DNA of 36,900 nucleotides from Orycteropus afer. Its lineage: Eukaryota. The position numbers were made by a program, and so were the translations under genes. Where the stretch lies: positions 3,431,147-3,468,046 of the forward strand of contig NW_006921853.1 in assembly GCF_000298275.1 (NCBI RefSeq). The letters are read 5' to 3'. Shown here piece by piece: positions 23,385 through 35,194 of the stretch. The number at the start of each line of letters is the position of its first letter. The first letter of the stretch is position 1. The notes below the pieces were generated by a model. It was not told the DNA's origin. It did no database searches and worked only from the letters and a program-made list of their open reading frames with translations.

Positions 23385-23578
23385 TTTTGGGGAGCTCTAG
23401 TAGTATAGTGCCTAAGGCACTTGACTGATCACCAGAAGGCTGGTAGTTCAAACTCACCAGCTACTCCTCAGAAGGAAGGTTGGACAATCTACTTCCGTAG
23501 TGATACTACCTTTGAAACCCAAGGAGGGGTCATTATGAGTCAGGTCTGACTAAATAGCACATAACAACAACAACAGTA
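23385..23578 (+). mobile_element. AfroSINE nested in the RTE, with an approximate TSD gtatc(c)ttttg.
   Basis: 'gggagctctagtagtatagtgcctaaggcacttgactgatcaccagaaggctggtagttcaaactcaccagc...gggtcattatgagtcaggtctgac...caacaacaacag'. Confidence 0.8.
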
Positions 23579-24941
23579 TCCTTTGTTCTGTTTGAACAAC
23601 TGCATTTTGGTTCCTCATGAACACAATTAAGTGTTCTGGGATTCTCATTCTTTGCAATGTTATCCATAATTTATAATGATCCATGCAGTCAAATCCCTTT
23701 ACATAGTCAGTTAAACACAGGTAAACATCATTCTTGTATTCTTTGTTTTTAGCCAAGATACCTCTGATATCAGCAGTGATATTCCTTGTTCCATGTCCTC
23801 TTCTGAATCTACCTTGAATTTCTGACAATTTCCTGTCAATACAGTGCTGCAATTATTTTTTAATTATTTTCAGCAAAATTTTACTTGCATGTGATATTAA
23901 TGATACTGTTTGGTAATTTCCACATTGTGTTCAATCACCTTTCTTTGGAATGGGTGCAAATATGGATCTCTTCCAGTTGGTTGGCCAAGTAGCTGCCTTC
24001 TAAATTTCTTGGCATGAACAAATGAGCACCTCCAGTGCTGCATCTGTGTGTTGAAATATCTCAGTGGGCATTCTGTCAAGTCCTGGAGCTTTGCCTTTCA
24101 CCAGTGTTTTCAGTGTACCTTAGACTTCTTCCTTCATTACCACTGGTTCTTGATCATATGCTACCTTCTGAAATGGTTGAACAGTGACCAATTCTTTTTG
24201 GTACAGTGACTCTGTGTTTTCCTCCCATCTTCTTTTGATGCTTCTTGCATCATTCAATATTTTGCCCAAAGAATCCTTCAATATTGCAACTCAAGACTTG
24301 AATTTTTTCTTCAGTTCTTTCAGCTTGAGAGATGCCAACCGTGGTTTTTCCCCTTTGATTTTCTAACTCCAGGTCTTTGCAGATTTTATTATAATACCTT
24401 ACTTTGTCTTTTTGAGCTGTCCTTTGAAATCTTCTGTTCAGCTCTTTTACTTCATCATTTCTTCCATTTGCTTTAACCAGTCTCTGTTCAAGAGCAAATT
24501 TTAGTCTCTTCTGACATCATGTTTGGTCTTCCTTTCCTGTCTTTTTAATGACTTTTTGCTGTCTTCATTGATGATGTACTTGATGGGATCCCACAACTTG
24601 TCTGATCTTTGATCATTAGTGTTTAATCTGTCAAGTCTGTTCTTCAGACTACCTAAATTCAGGTAAGAAGGACTGAAGGTCATAATTTGGCTCTCATGGT
24701 CTTAATTTTCTTCAGCTTCACCTTCAACTTGCATAGGAATAATTGCTAGCCTGTCCCACACTCAACCCCTGGCCACCTACTATCTGATGATATTAAACAT
24801 CTCCATTGTCTCTTTCAATTTGATCCCTATGTATTCCGTCTGGCAAGGTCCACGTGTACAGTCACTGCTTATGTTGTTATAAAAAAGTATTTTCAATGAA
24901 TAAGTCATTGGTCTTGCAAAATTATATCATGTGCAGGAGTG

Positions 24942-25112
24942 GATGGGAGGGAAAGACACAGGGAAGAGGTGGCTATGGGGATGAAGTGGGAGGAGATCTG
25001 TTGCATTGTGGGAGATTACAATCAATGTCATGAGACAAAGTGTATGTGAACTGCTGTATGGAAGATGAATTTACTCTGTAAACTTTCACCCAAATCACAA
25101 TAATTTTTTTTT
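24942..25112 (+). mobile_element. L1 3'-end retrocopy nested in the RTE, with a target-site duplication of about 14 bp, 'aattata(t/c)catgtg'.
   Basis: '...gttgcattgtgggagattacaatcaatgtcatgagacaaagtgtatgtgaactgctgtatgg...ctttcacccaaatcacaataatttttttttt' lies between near-identical flanks. Confidence 0.65.
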
Positions 25113-25679
25113 AAAATTATACCATGTGATTGATCTCCAGCATCAATTCTATCACCAAGACCATATTTTCCAAATACCAATGCTTCTTGTTTGCAGCTTT
25201 TGCATTCCAGTCACCAGTAATTATCAATACATCTTAATTGCATGTTTAGCCAATTTCAGAGTGCAGAAGTTGGTAAAAAATCTTCAATTTCTTCATCTTT
25301 GGCTTTAGGAGTTGGTGCATAAATTTGAACAATAGTAGAAGTAACTGGTCCTTGTAGGCACTGACAGCATTGTACTTCAAGGAAGATCTTGAAATGTTCT
25401 TTTGGACAATGAATGTGATGTTACTGCTCTTCAATTTGTCATTCTTGTCATCATAGACCATATGACTGTCCAATTCAGAATGGCCAGTATCAGTCCATTT
25501 CAGCTCACTAATGCCTAGGGTATCAGTCTTTATCCACTCCATTTCTTTATTCACAACTTCCATCAAGTAAACACAAAACTAGGCAGTATTTGAGAAAATG
25601 ATAAAAAGAATAAGACACACAGTAAATAAATAGCAAAACAGCAGAAGTAAGTCCTTCCTTATAATTTTTTTAATGTAAA

Positions 25680-25900
25680 TGGTTAAGCTCTCCAATGAAA
25701 ATCAGAGACTGGCAGAATAGACAAGAAAACATGATCCAACTATATACTATATACAAGAGACCTAGCTTAGACCCCCTGGTAGACTGAAGGTAAAAGGATA
25801 GAAAAAATACTGCTATGCAAAGAGTAGCCAAAAGAGAGCAGGGATGACTTCTATATTAACATCAGACAAAACAGACTTTAAGCCAAGACAGTGCCAAAGT
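25680..25900 (+). mobile_element. L1 ORF2 endonuclease N-terminal fragment.
   Basis: Translation '...KKTHDPTICYIQETHLRPPGRLKVKGWKKIYHANSNQK.AGVAILISDKTDFKPK' resembles the L1 EN start 'QDPSVCCIQETHL...KGWRKIYQANGKQKKAGVAILVSDKTDFKP'. Confidence 0.7.
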
Positions 25901-26200
25901 ATGTAAGCTGAGTGCCAAAGAACACTGTGGTGAGTAGATGTGGTGCAGTAAATTGCTTCATATGGCCCTTCTACCCGTGGTCTCTGTGACTCTTCTCAGT
26001 GGACTCAGTAGGAGTATGCAAATGTGAAGTGCTTTTGGCCCACCAGGGGAATTGGATAGGTTGTTAGTGATGTAAATAAGGTGTATGGCACCCTTTTGGG
26101 TACAACTGTGCAGATAAGGTGTATGGAACCCTAATGTTGGGATTAGTCAGTTCTGTCCTACTGCTAGGCTTAAAATGAGTCATGCCAGAGGTGGAAAGGG
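25900..26200 (-). repeat. Unclassified interspersed repeat, the inverse copy of 12240-12495.
   Basis: The reverse complement of 26030-26150 aligns with 12275-12385: 'gggttccatacaccttat.tgca...gggtgc..taccttatttacat.actaa.aa.ctat...ctggtgggcca.aagc'. Confidence 0.5.
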
Positions 26201-27214
26201 GGATCTCAGTGTCATCAACAGAGAAGAGCTAGGTGTAGAGAGCATCCCAAGATCCCTGTGTTGAACCTCTTCAATAGAGGGAGAGCTACATGCTTTGTTG
26301 AGATGGCAACAAATGGTGGCAGTGGACTTCTGGCCCATGGAGCAAGAAAGTTGAGTGCCTCTGGGTTGAGGCTTGCTGGTGGAGTGGGGTGCTTCTAGGC
26401 ATTTATTCACAGAGCTAAAAGAGATCTGTGATACTTGCCCAAGCCCAGCAGAGGTAAAGCCAAGGGCCCAAGGGCCAGAGAGTCATGCCTTTGGGTATGG
26501 CTGAGGGAGGCTGTCCTGATTGAAGAACTGTATCCTGAGCATTCCCAATTGTGAACTGTAACCTGTTTCTTCCCTAAAAAACCCTTCAATCATGTGTATT
26601 ATTTGTGTGGTAAGTAGCAAGTTCTTTGTGGCCGCTGCAATGAATTATCAAGCCCAGCAGAGAAGTAGAGTGCTATGGGTGGAGGATTCATGTCAGAATT
26701 GGTAAAAAAAAAAAAAAAAAAAATCTTGCAGGGTGGCAGCATGTCTGACCTTCACCTCATAGGGATCAACCTTGGGCTGTTGATCTTGACCTTGATCCTC
26801 CTCCCCACCTTGTGAAGTTAGAGACCAGATGATTCCTCCACCAAGCCCTTTTTGCACTAGGACAGAAATAGTCCAAAGATGGAAAATATTAGAGGGCTGG
26901 AATTCTTGCAGGCTTTTTGGAGGGCCTTCAAGGATTGGAAAGGAAGGCGTTTCAGGTTGGCATGCATGCTGGGTATAAAGACTTGGCAGAGGTAAACTTT
27001 GTGGCTAGGAGGGTCAAGGAAGCTGGACAGCAAACTTCACATGATGGGTGAAGTCAAAGTTACAGGCTGGCTAGTGTTTCAGTGACAGTCTTACTACTTC
27101 TAAGCTGTGTATGAATGTAAGCAATGTTCTCTAGCTTTTTTAAGAGCTTACTCATACTCATCTTTCAAGTTAGCACCTCAAAAAAAATCTCAGACTATCT
27201 ATCTTTGCATGCTC

Positions 27215-28150
27215 AGACTATACCGCATGGTTTAAAATCAGGAAGGGAGTGTGTCAGGGTTGTATCCTTTCACCATACTTACTCAATCTATATGCTGAGC
27301 AAATAATCCAAGAATCTGGACTATATGAAGAAGAATGTGGCACCAGGATTGGAGGAAGGCTCATTAACAACCTAAGATACGCAGACGACACAGCTTTGTT
27401 TGCTGAAAGTGAGGAGCACTTACTGATGAAGATTGAAGACTACAGTCTGCAGTATGGATTACACCTCAATATAAAGAAAACAAAAATCCTCACAATGGGA
27501 CCAATAAACAGGATCACAAGGAATGGAGAAAAGACTGAAGTTGTCAAGGACTTCATATTGGTTCTACAATCAGTGCCAATGGAAGCAGCAGTTAAGGCAT
27601 CAAAAGACGTATGGCATTGGGCAAATCTGTTGCAAAAGGTCTCTTTCAAGTGCTGAAGGGCAAAGATATCTCCTTGAAGACTAAGATGAGCCACACCCAC
27701 GCCTTGGTATCTTCAGTTGCCTCATATGCATGTGAGAGTTGGACAACGAATAAGGAAGACTGAAGAAGTGATGCTTTTGAGTTGTGGTGTTGGCAAAGAA
27801 TGCTTAAAGTACCATGGACTGCTAAAAGACCTAACTAACAAACCTGTCCTGGAAAAAGTGCAGCCGGAATGCTCCCTGGAAGCGAGAAGGGGCAAACTTT
27901 GTCTCACTTACTTTGATCATGTTGTCAGAAGGGACCATTCTCTGGAGAAGCATGTCATGCTTGGTAAAGTGGAGGGTCAACGAAAGAGGGGAAAGCCCTC
28001 AACAAGATGGATTGACACAGTGGCTGCAGCGATGGGCTTATGTACAGTAGGGATCATGAGGCTGGCATTCTACTAGGCAGTGTTTCATTCTGTTGTACAC
28101 AGAATTGCTGTGGGTCAGAGATGACCTGACGGCACCTAACAACATCTTTG
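27215..28150 (+). mobile_element. RTE/BovB-type LINE 3' half, from the RT C-terminus to the tail.
   Basis: ORF 27249..27656 gives '...RYADDTALFAESEEHLLMKIEDYSLQYGLHLNIKKTKILTMGP...'. ORF 27717..28076 gives 'KVQPECSLEARRGKLCLTYFDHVVRRDHSLEKHVMLGKVEGQRKRGKPSTRWIDTVAAAMG'. The tail is '...attgctgtgggtcagagatgacctgacggcacctaacaac'. Confidence 0.85.
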
Positions 28151-28683
28151 TCAGTGACTCACCATACCCTATACCCTTTACTGTATTTATCATCTTCAAG
28201 TTTATCTGCCTCTTTAATCAGCCTCTGCTCATGGCAGCAGCACATGGACGTGATAGAGGACCTTGGTTAAGAGCAGACTCTGGAGCCAGACTTCCCAAAG
28301 TTGAATCCACTTGTTAGTTGTATGACCTTGGGTAAGTCATTTCACCTGAGTTTGGATTTCCTCTTCTGCATGACAGAGGACAGTATTTACCTCATAGGGT
28401 TGTTGTGAAAATTAAACAATACATGTTCTCAGCATTCTCAAGTGCTTGGTGTGTAGAAAGCTCAATGTAAGTATGAGCAGTAAGCTTGAGGGTTAAGAGG
28501 TGTTCTTTCTGATTTACTACTCCGCCCTTACCAAACTTTGCTTCCTTCTGTCTATGAGATGATAATGTTTCTTACCAGTTGTTGTGCATATTAATAAACA
28601 CAGGGGAAGAATGCCCACTGAGCTCCTAGCACTAAGTGGGCCCTCGATAAATGCTCTCCTCCCATGGCCTTGCCCCCACTCAC

Positions 28684-28810
28684 AGTCTCAATGGCCAAGG
28701 CCTCCGCTTTCAGCTTGGCTTGCAGCACAGAGCCTTCTCCCTCAATCCGCGCTGCCTCTGCACGGGACTCAGCCTCTGCTTTGGCAGTCCCGGTGCTCTC
28801 CACAGCTGTG
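28684..28810 (-). CDS. MVP: Major vault protein exon encoding (S)[42 protein letters not shown].
   Basis: Anchored to minus ORF 28591..28803. Acceptor is cctcttccag|CACAGCT and donor is GAGACT|gtgagt. Matches the human MVP coiled-coil cap helix. Confidence 0.85.
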
Positions 28811-28981
28811 CTGGAAGAGGAGGCATCTTGGTCAGGCAGGCCCCAGGAAGAAGCCCTGTCCTTCTCCTTGGCCTTGATTTAGGCTGTAGCTGTTTTCACT
28901 TGCCACCCCCACCCCAACCAGCTGCTTTTCTAAGACCCTTGCCCCCCTACCATCTTCTTCCTCCTCTAGTACTCAACGCAC

Positions 28982-29098
28982 CTCAGAGCTTCTAGCTCCA
29001 AGAGTTCCCTGCGAGCTTTTTCAGCTTCTGATTGGTCCAAAATCTTCTGCCTCTCAAGGCGACCACGAGCTTCTTGTTCTAGTCTCTGAGCTTCATGC
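28982..29098 (-). CDS. MVP: Major vault protein exon encoding (K)[38 protein letters not shown](S).
   Basis: Acceptor is ctcttgtctag|GCATGAA and donor is CTGAG|gtgcgt. Matches human '[38 protein letters not shown]'. Confidence 0.8.
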
Positions 29099-29921
29099 CT
29101 AGACAAGAGAGGGGACAGGTAGGATGCTGGCATGGGGTTAGACCTGGCATGTGAGCTCTAAGGGAATGGACCACCAATCTGTCTCATGTCCAGGCCAGAC
29201 CTCACCCATGGAAGCCCCTCACGGTGCAAGCAAAGAAACATTGTGGTCACTCACTGTGAGCGAGGTAGATTCTAGGCCCAGGGGAACACAGTATGATTGA
29301 GGTCCTGGTTTCATAGAACTTACCTTCCAGTGGGGACAAAAGTAAACAGGGATGATGTCAGACATTGAGAAGTACCTTGAAGGTAGTAGAATAGGTGATG
29401 AGAGAGCAGGACGAGGCAAAGGGCACTTCTTTGCTTGGGGCAGAAAAAAAAGGACTCTCCAAAGAGGTCACCTTTGAGTGGGAGCTGAAGAAGCAGCCTG
29501 CCTTGTAGAGTTCTAGGAGGATAGCATCCTGCGCAGATGAAGCAGCCAGTGCAAAAGCCCTTCAGGTGAGAACAAGCTTGCATTGAGGAACAGAAAGAAG
29601 CCAGTGGGACTGAAGCATGGGACTGCAGCTAGGGAAGAAGACTGGAAGGCAGGGGGCAGGCTGGACCTCAGAGGGCATGGAAGGTCACAGAAAGGAGCTT
29701 GGGTTTTATCATGAGCAAGGTGGGAAGCCACAGGAGCAGTGATGGCATCTCAGTCACACTGAGTCTACTGCCTGTTCGGCAGACAAGTCCTTTACAGCAA
29801 GCCAACCATTAAGGGTACCATGTGATCCAGGCCCTAGCAGTGTAATGGAGATGGGGACCCTGAGAGAAAGTCTGGCCTGCAGTGAGCACTGTGGGCAGCT
29901 GGGTCCCCAGGCCTCACTCAC

Positions 29922-30308
29922 TTGGCAGCTGCCTCCTGGGAGTTGGTGGTGATCTCAATGGCTAGCTGTACGCTGCGTTGTAGGGCATCCCGAGTCCTCT
30001 GGTCCACAGGCTCCACAGATTGTACATCCACACTGCTGACCACCAGCCCATTTTGGTGGAAGACAGCCCAGTCCCGAGGCTTGGGCAAAGCTATGCTGTC
30101 AGGGCCCTTGGCTTCCAAGGTCTCAAAGCCAAAGACCGCAGTGCGGATGATGCGTGCTGAGTTCTTATGGAAGTCATCAAAGGTGACAGAGGCCACAGCC
30201 CCTCGCACCCGGGATGCGATGGCCTTGCAGGCGTCACCCACGAAGTCGGGCACTGAGAAGAGCTTGGCTGTCTCTTGAGTGTCCTTCCGGTCACTCACTT
30301 CAAAGTGC
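29922..30308 (-). CDS. MVP: Major vault protein exon encoding (W)[62 protein letters not shown]...[15 protein letters not shown](K).
   Basis: Lies within minus ORF 29918..30409. Acceptor is ttgctcacag|GCACTTT and donor is GCCAA|gtgagt. 128 codons matching the human MVP shoulder/cap-helix region. Confidence 0.9.
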
Positions 30309-31211
30309 CTGTGAGCAAAGAGGCTCAGAATGGGAGAAACTTTCCCTTCAAGGAGGACCTCCACACTCACTCCCTGGGCAGGGCCTCTAATAATAGAGGA
30401 TGCTAACACAACCTTACATGTGCTCTCATTTAATTCTGATAGCTGTCCTGTGAGGTGGAAGTAAGTATAAGTCCTATTTCACAGCTGAGTCTGAGAGGAG
30501 GTTACATGATTGGCCCAAGGCCACACAGTATATATCAAGTCAAGTCAAGGCAGTCTGGCTCTAGGATCTGTATTGTTCTTCTTCTTTTCTTAAGGGTCTG
30601 TATTCTTAACTGTCATGCTGTAGTACCCCTGAATATGTCATCTGCCTTTGCCAAGAGGTGAGGAACATGTGCTTGGGAGTTGTCACGAGTTATTTCTGTA
30701 TGTGATTTATCTCCCCTAATTCTAATAGCTGCCATTTGAGCCCTATGTACCAGGCACTGTTCTAATTCTCATTGCATCCTTTCAAAAACCCTGTGAAGTA
30801 GGTAATGTCATCCTCATGTTACAGACTGGCAAACTGTGGCAAGAACTAAGTTGCCTGCCCACAACCAGAGTTAGCAAACTGCAGATCTGGGCTGAAGCCC
30901 TTTCTGCCCCTGCACACTGCTCTCTCATCCTGCCCACTCACACAGTTTATTCCCAATTAATCTTTTTACAACCTTGCAAACAAGTGTTTGGCTGCACACT
31001 AGCTGGGAGTTTAGCTAAAGTCCGGAATCCCTGCCAGTGGCCCTGGGCATCACACTGGATCTGCATACACACCCGTTTCCCTCTTGGCCAGTAGCATGAA
31101 GCCAGACATTTTGTTCTTATTATGAGCCCAGCACTGCTGGGGGCTTCTCTCTGTCTCAGGGTTTCCCTGGGAGGACACCCAAAACCTCACCATCTCCTCT
31201 GCACCCCTTAC

Positions 31212-31409
31212 CAGTTGTAGGCAAGCTGAAGTTGCAGCCTGGCATGGTCTGCTGTCTCAATAGTAATGACGTCTGTAAAGAAATCTGGCCCCAGTAAGAG
31301 GCAGAGGGAGCGGCGGGCGTGGGGACGCTTGGGCCGCCCTGCCGAGAGGGACAGTACTGTGAACTGCTCCTCAGGTCCCAGCGACACCAGCTCCGGCCCA
31401 AAGACAACG
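31212..31409 (-). CDS. MVP: Major vault protein exon encoding (R)[65 protein letters not shown](W).
   Basis: Acceptor is tctctccgcag|CGTTGTC and donor is AACTG|gtaagg. The phases join exactly with the neighbouring exons, and it is near-identical to human MVP. Confidence 0.85.
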
Positions 31410-31516
31410 CTGCGGAGAGAGTTCGGAGTCAGATACCTGGAGGGCCTCTGGGGCTCTGCCCTTCATCCACACCCCTGCAGCCCCCCTGCCCCAGCACCAC
31501 GGCCCCTGCCCCTCAC

Positions 31517-31761
31517 CGAGCTTTCTTCTCTCTGTAGTCGTACACCTGCACCGCGGCGTTGTGAGGGACACGGTAGCTGACCACACGGGTCTTGTTCCGG
31601 GGGGCTGAGGGCTGTGGGGCCTTGGCCGTTGCCTTCTCCCCCCTGTCGGCCAGGGGGTCTTGCCCTTTGTTGAGCAGCTCCTCCACTCCAGGAGGTAGCT
31701 CCTTCTCCCAGAGGATTTCATCCTGCGTAAGCATGTAGGTGCTTCCGATCACAGCACGCAC
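31517..31761 (-). CDS. MVP: Major vault protein exon encoding [81 protein letters not shown](R). It ends in phase 2.
   Basis: Lies within minus ORF 31513..31905. Donor is GCTCG|gtgagg. The acceptor is the unusual AAG|GTG after a long polypyrimidine tract. Very high identity to human MVP. Confidence 0.85.
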
Positions 31762-32813
31762 CTTGAGAGGTGAGGACAGGAGTGATGTCACCAGGGAGGG
31801 TAAAGGAAGAAAGACCCACCCAGCCCTCCTGAAGCAGGACTGTTCCAGAGAGGTGGGACAGCAGACTGGTGACATACGGTCTCTGCTCACGTCCCAGTCT
31901 GCCATCCGCTAGCTCTGCCTTCTGGGCTAGCTTTTCACTTCTGTGCTTCACTTTCCTCGTCTGTAAAATGGTCAAGATAGTGGCTACCTCACTGGGTTGA
32001 GAATAAACATCGTCTATAGTCTGGTGGAGTCGCTGGGTGGTGAGAATAGTTAATGTGCTTGGCCGCTAACATAAGGGCTCAAGGTTTGTGTGCACCAGAG
32101 ATGCCTCAGATGAAAGGCTGGTGCTCTTCTGGAAAATCAGCCATTGAAAACCCAGAGGAGGACAGTGCTACTTGAACACACGAAGTCATCAGGAATTGGA
32201 ATGGACTTGATGGCAACTGGTGTATGTCTAGTGCTGAGATCAGCACTTGTCCTATAGGAAGGGCTGGATATTACTTCTTCTGGATTTTCCTTCAGTGGTC
32301 AGCTTTGAGGGCACCCTGGGGCCAGATGCAGTCCTAGGCAGAAGGTCATTTCAGTGATACCACCTAGAATCCTGAGCTGTACTTCTAGGTTGAGTTATTA
32401 GAGAAAGAAGTTAGAGACGTCCTGCTCTGCCCACAGTGAGCTTTTAGGATCTATTTGGGTGAGGTGGTGAGGAGAACTCCACCAGAATAATGGACACAAG
32501 GAGGAGCTGGGTTCTTACTGTTCCTCAGCCACATCCCAGTCAGACCTGGGGCGAGATCTACAGCGGGGATAGAGTGCCCTACCTCAACTCAAGCTCAGCC
32601 TTTCACTTGAGGTCTCAAAACCTGGAAATTTAAGACAAAAATATGAATGGCAAATACTCCAAGAAATACCCTCAGGCTTACCGACGTGCTGAGGAACTGC
32701 ACCCAGGCCATTGAAACCGCCTCCCTAAGCGCTACCATGTGAGCATCGCCTGCCTGCCCAGAGAAGTCACCATGGTGGCTGCACAGCAGTATCTCCCACC
32801 CCCCAGCTCTTAC

Positions 32814-33095
32814 CCTTCCCGTCTTGACGTCCTGCACGTAGATGCCTTCATTCTCATCCAGAGGAATGGCCTGACGCTCTTCCACCACCTCCACCTTGGC
32901 CGACGGCACATACTCCAGCGGCCCTCGGATGAGCCAGCGGTCCCCGGCCTGGTGGGAGACCTGCTCTTCATCCTCCCCCTCCTGCACGGGCTGCAGGGCC
33001 CTCAGCAGCAGTCCCTGCTGCTCCGACAGCACGTACACATCCTGGATGCCTCGCTCCAGCCTCTCCCCTGGCTGCAGGAAGAAAGACTTCTCTCC
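32814..33095 (-). CDS. MVP: Major vault protein exon encoding [27 protein letters not shown]...YVQDVKTGR, 94 codons.
   Basis: Overlaps minus ORF 32595..33038. Acceptor is cccaccag|GGAGAG and the strong donor is AGG|gtaaga. Matches human MVP '[36 protein letters not shown]...VQDVKTGK'. Confidence 0.9.
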
Positions 33096-33419
33096 CTGGT
33101 GGGAGATGTGGGGTTGGAGCAGCTGCCACCCAGGGTTGCAGGTGCCTCTGATGGCACCGCCCCCAACCCCATCCAGCCTCAGGCTTGTGTTGAGGACTTG
33201 AGTCTAAAATAACCATTTATCCTCACCCCCACCCCATGTCACAACACAGTGAGAGTTATCTGGACTGTGAAGCTCTCTCAGGACCTGGATCCTTACAAGC
33301 TCAATGGTTAAGAATTCACCTATTGTTCCTCTTCAATTTCATGTTTTGTTTTCTTGGGATGGTATAGTCCAGGGGTTGGCAAACTCTTGACTTTTAGACC
33401 AATTCAGCCTGCTACCTGT

Positions 33420-34050
33420 TTTATTTTTAAAATGTATATCCTTTATTGAGATATAATTCACATACCGTAAAATTCATCTTTATATGTGTAGAAATCAGTG
33501 CTTTTAGTATATTCACAGAGTTATGCAAACACTACTACTATCCGATTTTAGAACATTTTCCATCACTCCCAAAAGAGACCCCAGTCCCCCTTAGCAATCA
33601 CTCCTTCTCCTTCTCCCTCTCCCTGGCCCCTGGCAACAACTAATTGACTTTCTGTCTATGGATTTGCCTGTTGTAGATACTTCATATAAATGGAATCATA
33701 CAACCTGTGGCCTTTTGTGTCTGGCTCGTCACTCCAGCATAATGTTTTCTGGGCTTATCCGTGTTGTAGCATGTATCAGTACTTTAGTCCTTTTAATAGC
33801 TGACATTTCATTGTATGGATATACCACATTTTGTTTATCCATTCATCAACTCATAGGCATTTGGGTTGTTTCTCCCTTTTCAGCCTCCTACTTTTATAGC
33901 ATCACAGCCACACCCATTCATTTACCTGTTGTCTATGGCTGTTTTCTAGCTGCAATGGCAGAGCTGAGTAGCTGCAACAGAAACTGTATGTCCCACAAAG
34001 CCTGAAATATCTACTACCTGGTCCTTTACAGAAAGTTTGCTGACCCCTGG
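33420..34050 (+). mobile_element. Old mammalian L1 3'-end fragment in the MVP intron.
   Basis: Classic L1M-type 3' end: 'tttattgagatataattcacataccgtaaaattcat...agtgcttttagtatattcacagagttatgcaa...ccctggcaacaactaattgactttctgtctatggatttgcctgttgtagatacttcatataaatggaatcatacaa...ccattcatcaactcataggcatttgggttgtttc', then '...acaaagcctgaaatatctactacctggtcctttacagaaagtttgctgacccctg'. Confidence 0.65.
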
Positions 34051-34485
34051 TGCTCTCATATACATAATTCAGAGATGGGAAGAGTTGTGTATAAAGAGAA
34101 AGGTGAACTGAGGAATTTCTGAAAATCAAGTGTCATGGAATCCCAAGAAGTACACGCATCCAGGGATGACATAGTTGCCAGAAGAGAGAGATGAGTAATG
34201 GAAGAGAAAGAGCTGCAGGGTGTCTGGGCATGGGCCAGGGCCAAGGCCAAGGAGGCTCTCCCAGGGGTGGCAGTAAAGAGGGACATTATTTCAGGCAAAC
34301 AGAACTATATATATGAAGGCCCAGAGGGAGCCATGGCAAGCTTGGTGTTTCTAGAATGTATGCCTGGGGTGGGAGGAGAGAAGGGGAGAGAGAAGAGAGT
34401 CTTATGTCATTCCAGGGCATTTATGCTCCTAGTGCAGCCTCTGAGTCAGGGGGAAGACTTTGAGCAGGGAGGAAGAAAAGGGTAC

Positions 34486-34722
34486 CTTGACAACACGCTT
34501 TTGCCCAAGTTGGTTCTTGCCATCTGGTCCGACTGGGTCGAGGATCACACAGTAGTTGCGGGGGCCCAGGGTGGTGATGGGCACGACCCCCAGCACCTCC
34601 TCATAGACATCTGGTACATGGGCCTCCGTGTCCTGCACTGTCACCAGCCATTCCTCCCCAGTGCGGCGGTTCACGCCCCTCAAGTCCCGGAAATTCTGCA
34701 GAGCCCGGAGGTGCAGGGCTGT
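34486..34722 (-). CDS. MVP: Major vault protein exon encoding [79 protein letters not shown].
   Basis: Lies within minus ORF 34429..34815. Acceptor is ctctacag|ACAGCC and donor is GTCAAG|gtaccc. 79 codons with very high identity to human MVP. Confidence 0.9.
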
Positions 34723-35019
34723 CTGTAGAGGAAGACGTTGGCGGTGTTTGGGTAAACCTACTTCCAGCTTGCTCAGTGGATTCTGAAATGAGCAGCAACT
34801 CCACCCAGTGGGCACTCAATGCTCCCAGGACTGACTGACGATTTCTAATAACTCAGGAGACTTTTTAGCCTTCTCAGATGAGTATTTCCTAGGTGATCTG
34901 ACCTTTAATTTTTTTTTTTAAGTGGCCCCAGTAATATGGCTTCTCTTCTACTCACCTTCTGCCACTCTGAGTGCTCCCTCCACTAGGGCCCCTTAACTCA
35001 CCATCCTCAGAGCACAAAC

Positions 35020-35114
35020 CTTTTCTGTGAGGATCACAGCATCCACCAAATCGAGAACCTCCTCAAACACTGCTGGTAGGTATGCACCCACCGAACGCAC
35101 CAGCCATTCTTCTC
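35020..35114 (-). CDS. MVP: Major vault protein exon, phase-1 start. It encodes (G)[31 protein letters not shown], matching human MVP residues ~205-236.
   Basis: Hand translation of the minus strand. Acceptor is ...ctcttggcccag|GA and donor is GAAAAG|gtttgt. Near-identity to human MVP '...[33 protein letters not shown]'. Confidence 0.8.
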
Positions 35115-35194
35115 CTGGGCCAAGAGCAGAGAATGAGGGTCAGAGGTCACTCAGCCTATTTCTCAGCTGCTGTTTCCTGCAGCCTGGGCAACAG

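Larger units (their letters stand above)
22960..25566 (-). mobile_element. RTE/BovB-type LINE running from the EN N-terminus to RT. It is interrupted by an AfroSINE at 23385-23578 and an L1 3'-end retrocopy at 24942-25112.
   Basis: Minus ORF 25246..25566 gives 'MEWIKTDTLGISELKWTDTG...', the RTE endonuclease start. Minus ORF 23550..23852 gives 'GTRNITADIRGILAKNKEYKNDVYLCLTDYVKGFDCMDHYKLW'. Minus ORF 24501..24683 supports the span. Confidence 0.8.

Noticed and set aside
28591-28995. Plus-strand ORFs 28584..28877, 28651..28995 and 28664..28882 overlapping the MVP exon, which might suggest an antisense gene.
   Set aside because: The region is GC-rich coding sequence of the MVP coiled-coil exon. 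Antisense and off-frame ORFs are expected there by chance. Only the minus-strand frame matches a known protein.
31266-31975. A possible continuous long minus ORF across 31371..31905, suggesting the exon boundaries there might be wrong.
   Set aside because: The absence of stops in intronic GC-rich sequence is coincidental. Homology to MVP stops exactly at the strong donor AGG|gtaaga and at GCTCG|gtgagg, then resumes at the splice acceptors. The intron translations have no similarity to MVP.
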